A DNA stretch of 22,579 bases from Promethearchaeota archaeon (GTDB lineage Archaea > Asgardarchaeota > Hermodarchaeia > Hermodarchaeales > Hermodarchaeaceae). The position numbers and the translations under genes are program-made. Of this stretch, positions 18,327 to 22,579 are shown one piece after another; position 1 is the stretch's first letter, and each line of letters begins with the position of its first letter. A model generated the notes under the pieces. That model was not told the DNA's origin. It searched no databases and saw only the letters and a list, made by a program, of their open reading frames with translations. The DNA lies in contig JBHLPR010000034.1 in the NCBI GenBank assembly GCA_048939245.1, positions 1-22,579 on the forward strand, written 5' to 3'.

Positions 18327-18530
18327 GGTAATTGCATTAAGAATTTGAGACACACAGAAAATTGTTTCGATTCTAATCGCATTCGAGAAGTAACAGACCT
18401 ATTAGCAATCATACGCGATGAATAATCTGGTAATAACGCTTCAGGCATCTATTACAACGTAAATCAATTGAACGAAAATAGAACATAAATAATCAGAGTT
18501 ATTTGTAATTTTAAAGTAACAGGGATCAAA

Positions 18531-19649
18531 TTGTATAAAATCACTAAGGATTCATCTAAAGTCATTGGTTTAACAATGGTTGCAGCTATTCTAGTGTTGT
18601 TAGCTTTACAGTTATATTTAACAACACCAGAAACCCGGTCTTTTGAATCAGAAAGTCAATCATATTTCTGTACAATCTTTAGTGTATCAATGGGTGACAA
18701 AGTATTCTTTGGTAATAATGAAGACTCTAAATGGTCACCTGAAACATCATTTATTTCTTTTATTCCACCTCAAACAATATACAATTTTAGAAATCTGCCA
18801 AGCTTTGGTTCATCACTTGACATCTATGGTCAAGTAATCGTTGGAACTGTTTTACGGGAAGAAGGACAGGACTATTACTATGCACAAGGAGGAATGAATG
18901 ATCAAGGCCTTTGTTTTGATGCGAATGCTATTCCCGAACAAATTCTAGATAATGAAAATGCCGATTGGCGTCCATTAAACGCTCATTGGGATATACTGTG
19001 GCATTGTCGCACGGTGGAAGACGTCATCAATTGGTATGAAACACACCCAATGATGTTCACGATATGGTCTGGTCAATGGAATTATGTAGACGCATCTGGT
19101 GATGGAGTTGTTGTTACAGCGACAGATGGTGAACTAGTATTTGTAAGGAAAAATACCAGCTACCTTGTATCAACTAATTTTAACCTTGCAGAACCTAGTA
19201 GTCATTACTTTGACTATCCTTGCTATAGGTACGACACTGCTACTGAGATGCTTGCAGAAATTGACAGTGAAGATGAGCTTACAATAGAAGCTTGTCGTGA
19301 TGTACTTAAGGCTACGCACTTTGAAGTTAATATCTTTGATAAACTTCACACAATGTACAGCACTATTTATGACGCAATTAGTAGAGATATCTACCTTTAT
19401 TTTCTTCATGACTTCACAGAGGTTGTTGAATTCAATCTTGAAGACGAAATCTCAAAAGTTGATTTGTTTGAAAGTAACAATACATTTCATAGCGCTATTA
19501 TAGATAATACTTACCTGATGAAGAATTTCTTTCATTATACATATTCAGGTTTCTTTTTATCTGATTATTTGATTGTTTTTCCATTAATCGGTGGTTTAAG
19601 TACCATTGTCATTATTGTTACTTTTCTGAAAAAAAAGAAACATTCCTGA
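18531..19649 (+). CDS. Membrane-anchored Ntn-hydrolase (C45/choloylglycine hydrolase/acid ceramidase-like)
   Basis: N-terminal TM or signal, nucleophile motif CTIF...FGNNED, GGMNDQGL, STNF and RY motifs, C-terminal TM helix followed by KKKK. Confidence 0.85.
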   Translation: MYKITKDSSKVIGLTMVAAILVLLALQLYLTTPETRSFESESQSYFCTIFSVSMGDKVFFGNNEDSKWSPETSFISFIPPQTIYNFRNLPSFGSSLDIYGQVIVGTVLREEGQDYYYAQGGMNDQGLCFDANAIPEQILDNENADWRPLNAHWDILWHCRTVEDVINWYETHPMMFTIWSGQWNYVDASGDGVVVTATDGELVFVRKNTSYLVSTNFNLAEPSSHYFDYPCYRYDTATEMLAEIDSEDELTIEACRDVLKATHFEVNIFDKLHTMYSTIYDAISRDIYLYFLHDFTEVVEFNLEDEISKVDLFESNNTFHSAIIDNTYLMKNFFHYTYSGFFLSDYLIVFPLIGGLSTIVIIVTFLKKKKHS

Positions 19650-19829
19650 CTTTCCAGTTATGAACTAAACAATCATAGTATCTAATAACATTCCACCTAA
19701 ATGAAATGAATAATGATCTAAGAGCTAATTGATAATCATACCCGAGCAAATACTTTTGTTAACAGCGAATAACTGATATGATATTCTATTGGCTGTTCTC
19801 AGAAAAAAAATGGGCAAGTGCTCCTTCAA

Positions 19830-19945
19830 CCCGCAACATTTTCTGAGGAACCATGATTTCCCGCAAAGACTAAAGAAGGCGTATCTGGGAGCGATAACCG
19901 CATAATATTTTCAAGGGTTTTCGCGGGTGATAACCTGAAAAGTCA
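19830..19945 (+). repeat. Dispersed cassette-boundary repeat, copy E
   Basis: CCCGCAACATTT-N18-CCCGCAAAGACTAAAGAAGGCGTATCTGGGAGCGATAACCGC...GTGATAACCTGAAAAGTCA. Confidence 0.92.
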
Positions 19946-20887
19946 ATCCCCTCGCGTGTTATGTTCCACCATTATTACTACATTTCCTTTCTTGTGTCCT
20001 TTGTCAACATATCGGTGGGCTTCGACAATTTGCTCCCATGGATAGGTTTTATCTATGACCGGTTTTATCTTTCCCGCCTCAACAAGCTCTTTTAGGAAAA
20101 TTAGATCGTCAACCTTTTCGCTTCCGATGTTATCATGAGCTGACATGTATGTCCCCGTTGGAGTTAGTGCTTTCTTACGATTTGCTTTGGGGATTTTTGC
20201 AACGGCATCAAAGATGATATCATAAAACTCTCCTTTTTCCGTAAAATCCACTTTAGTATAATCAATTACCTTATTAGCTCCCAGAGACTTCACTAACTCT
20301 AAATTCGTGGTACTGCATACCCCGGTAACTTCGGCCCCAAAGTACTTAGCAAGCTGTACTGCAAAAGTACCTACACTTCCAGAAGCACCGTAGATCAGAA
20401 CTTTTTGTCCGCTCTGGATATTTCCTTTCCTAAGAAACCTTAATGCATGAGCTCCTCCAGTCGCAAGTCCGGCAGCGGCTTCCTCATAGGTCATATTGGT
20501 CGGTTTTATTGCCACAATCCCGTCTTCAGGCAGACATCTGTATTCCGCATAACCACCAAAACTCATCCCGGTAGAAGCAAAAACCTGATCACCTTTTTTA
20601 AACCGTGTTACCTCTTTGCCTACTGCTTCAATTTTTCCAGCTAACTCCATTCCAAGGATTTTTTTCCGTGGTCCTCTGATACCTAGAATTAGTCTTGTGA
20701 GGAGCCTTTGGAAGGCGCCACCAGGGATGGTGAAACTTCGTATTCTAGAGTCTCCCCGATGCACTGTTGTCGCATAGACTTTAATCAACATTTCATTGTC
20801 CTTGGGAGTGGGCTTTTCAACCTCTTTGAACTGGAGAACTTCCGGTGGTCCGTATTTTTTGCATTCAATCGCTTTCATTTTCATCAT
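19943..20887 (-). CDS. NAD(P)-dependent medium-chain dehydrogenase/reductase (quinone oxidoreductase-like)
   Basis: MKAI...[27 protein letters not shown] nucleotide-binding motif, GHKKGNVVI. Zn-binding cysteines are absent. Confidence 0.93.
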   Translation of the reverse strand: MMKMKAIECKKYGPPEVLQFKEVEKPTPKDNEMLIKVYATTVHRGDSRIRSFTIPGGAFQRLLTRLILGIRGPRKKILGMELAGKIEAVGKEVTRFKKGDQVFASTGMSFGGYAEYRCLPEDGIVAIKPTNMTYEEAAAGLATGGAHALRFLRKGNIQSGQKVLIYGASGSVGTFAVQLAKYFGAEVTGVCSTTNLELVKSLGANKVIDYTKVDFTEKGEFYDIIFDAVAKIPKANRKKALTPTGTYMSAHDNIGSEKVDDLIFLKELVEAGKIKPVIDKTYPWEQIVEAHRYVDKGHKKGNVVIMVEHNTRGD

Positions 20888-20938
20888 CGATTGATTTCTT
20901 TACGTTTAAGGCAAATAAAATCTTACCTCAGATATTAT

Positions 20939-21153
20939 CCTGCAAAATTTGTCATCCGCTAGTGTCTACCCGCAAAGACTAAAGAAGGCGTTCTCAAAGG
21001 CGATAACTGATTTAATTTTCTCCGGAGTTTTCTTGACCGACAGTGGGAAAAAGTCAGCTGCAGCCTTACCCTGTCATCGCTCGAGAAAAGTCTGCCAAAG
21101 CCGAAAGTCGAAGATTAAATTAATACTGCCCAACCAAGGGTGCCCCAAGATAA
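20939..21153 (+). repeat. Dispersed cassette-boundary repeat, copy F (longest)
   Basis: Both CCYGCAAA boxes, the core, right arm CTTACCCTGTCATCGCTCGAGAAAAG, and tail GCCAAAG...TCGAAGAT...CAAGATAA shared with copy G. Confidence 0.92.
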
Positions 21154-21278
21154 AGTGTGTCACCTTTGCCGTGTTAGCTTATCTACCGCCGGGACTAAAG
21201 ACGACAATGGTATCCGTTCTTGTTGAATACATTTTTCAGTAAATTCCTTGAGTGATTAGAGATAAAGAGAGGTAGCCC

Positions 21279-22142
21279 ATGAAAATTACAATCATTGGAG
21301 TTCCGTTTAATGGAGATGGAACGCCTCCTGAAGTTGAAAACCCAGCCCAATCCCTTAGAGATGAAGGGGTGATTTCCGTACTTCAGAACAAAGGACATCA
21401 CCTAACTGATTTTGGCGATTTGCACATTCCCATGTTTTCAAATAAGAAAGATCCAATTACAAATGTTCTGAATTTTGATGCGTGGCGAGAGGTATCTCTG
21501 AGTTTATCTAGAACTCTAGGTGATGAATTAGCTCAAGATAGTTTCCCAATTGTACTGGGCGGAGACTGTGCCATTCTAATGGGGATTCTTGATGCGTTCA
21601 ATGTAATGAATCAACCTTTGAACCTCTTCTTTCTTGACGGACACGCTGATTTTCACACTCTTGATACCTCAACAACCGGTGAGCCCGCTGACTTAGAATT
21701 AGCTGCCTTGACAGGGCATTTGTCTAAAGAAATCGTTTACATGACAGGACGAGGGCCATTACTGCATGAAGAAAATGTCGTTGTATACGGAGTAGGTGAA
21801 CTTGACTCTATCGAAAGGTCGAATATCATGTTAGTTAATCGCAAATCAATTTTAAAAGATGGAATTGAACCAACCTTTCGTCGAAGCCTTGGCTCATTCC
21901 AGAATCCGGATTTGCCACTTTGGCTCCATTTTGATGTTGATGTCTTGGACAAAGAAATCATGCCAGCTATACAGTATCCTGTTGAGGGCGGTCTCTCATA
22001 CAACGAAATCCAAGAATTGCTTACTCTCCTAAAGGAAAGAACCCAACTAATCGGAATGAGTATTACTTGTTACCATCCAAAGCTGGATTATGATAAAAAA
22101 GGAGCCAAAACGCTTCTTTTACTTTTCAAGGAAATTTTCTAA
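21279..22142 (+). CDS. Arginase/ureohydrolase family protein
   Basis: GVP, DFGD, LGGDC, DGHADF, HFDVDVLD, GGLS and YHP.LD motifs. Confidence 0.92.
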   Translation: MKITIIGVPFNGDGTPPEVENPAQSLRDEGVISVLQNKGHHLTDFGDLHIPMFSNKKDPITNVLNFDAWREVSLSLSRTLGDELAQDSFPIVLGGDCAILMGILDAFNVMNQPLNLFFLDGHADFHTLDTSTTGEPADLELAALTGHLSKEIVYMTGRGPLLHEENVVVYGVGELDSIERSNIMLVNRKSILKDGIEPTFRRSLGSFQNPDLPLWLHFDVDVLDKEIMPAIQYPVEGGLSYNEIQELLTLLKERTQLIGMSITCYHPKLDYDKKGAKTLLLLFKEIF

Positions 22143-22249
22143 GACAGGAATTAACGAAAAAATTTCAAAAATGACGGAATGTATCTTTAATAGCCTTACT
22201 AATAATCTTGACTTTTGGGATTTGATGGAGGGAAAGTCTCTAAGCTTTG

Positions 22250-22436
22250 TGGAGTAGACCATATTTAAGAAGGCGTTATTGGGGGCGATAACTGATTTAA
22301 TTTTTTCCGGAGTTTTCGTGGCTGATAACGGGAAAAGTCGTTCCTCTTCTTACGCGGTTATCGCACCAGTAAAGTTGCCAAAGTATAATATCGAAGATAC
22401 ATAATCTACCAAAGTGTATAACACTCCTCAAGATAA
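22250..22436 (+). repeat. Dispersed cassette-boundary repeat, copy G
   Basis: TGGAGTAGACCATATTTAAGAAGGCGTTATTGGGGGCGATAAC...TCCGGAGTTTTC...ACGGGAAAAGTC...CTTACGCGGTTATCGCACCAGTAAAGTTGCCAAAG...TCGAAGAT...CAAGATAA. Confidence 0.9.
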
Positions 22437-22579
22437 GCAACTCATTCATTTAATCTAAGGATGAATTTCAAACCAAAGGCGATATACTACATTTGGTTCT
22501 TGTGAGAAGAAGAAGATGGGAATAAAGTTCTGGTTCATGAAAGCTTTCGTCATGAGATTCGGTATACCAAGAATCAAAC

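Noticed and set aside
18143-18448. 101-aa minus-strand ORF (and the 20949-21242 plus-strand ORF) spanning repeat copies
   Set aside because: They read through the repeat. Other copies have frameshifting indels or stops in the same frames, so a conserved peptide is unlikely.
12740-22436. The repeat family as a CRISPR array or a classical attC array
   Set aside because: Copies are 0.75-2.75 kb apart and degenerate, so it is not CRISPR. The cores CGATAAC/GTTATCG do not fit RYYYAAC/GTTRRRY, genes face both ways and no intI is visible, so a classical integron cannot be claimed.
22455-22579. Possible 3' end of a minus-strand gene at the window edge
   Set aside because: Two frames are open for about 40 codons with no recognisable motif, so it cannot be assigned.

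Overview
Archaeal DNA, most likely from an Asgard archaeon (inferred from an archaeal-type AspRS C-terminus, a DGGGP synthase, two ESCRT-III genes of both eukaryote-like classes and a steadiness-box protein). Positions 1-6818 look like core genome: aspS end, a degenerate HerA-like protein, DGGGP synthase plus metallophosphoesterase, and an ESCRT locus. From about 7100 onward the region looks accessory, with transporters, membrane proteins and stand-alone enzymes. It holds a 225-bp ORF-less IS200/IS605 element that keeps a TnpB omegaRNA-like right end and appears to have split the TATA box of an MFS gene. The most striking feature is a non-coding repeat of about 115-215 bp present seven times (one copy partial) in the same orientation between 12.7 and 22.4 kb, usually with one unrelated cargo gene between copies. 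The repeat forms a long imperfect hairpin with co-varying arms, has direct repeats at a fixed 30-bp spacing, and shows mosaic subtypes. This suggests an integron-like gene-cassette array with an unfamiliar type of recombination site. No recombinase is visible in this window. All calls are from reading motifs by eye; no searches were run.
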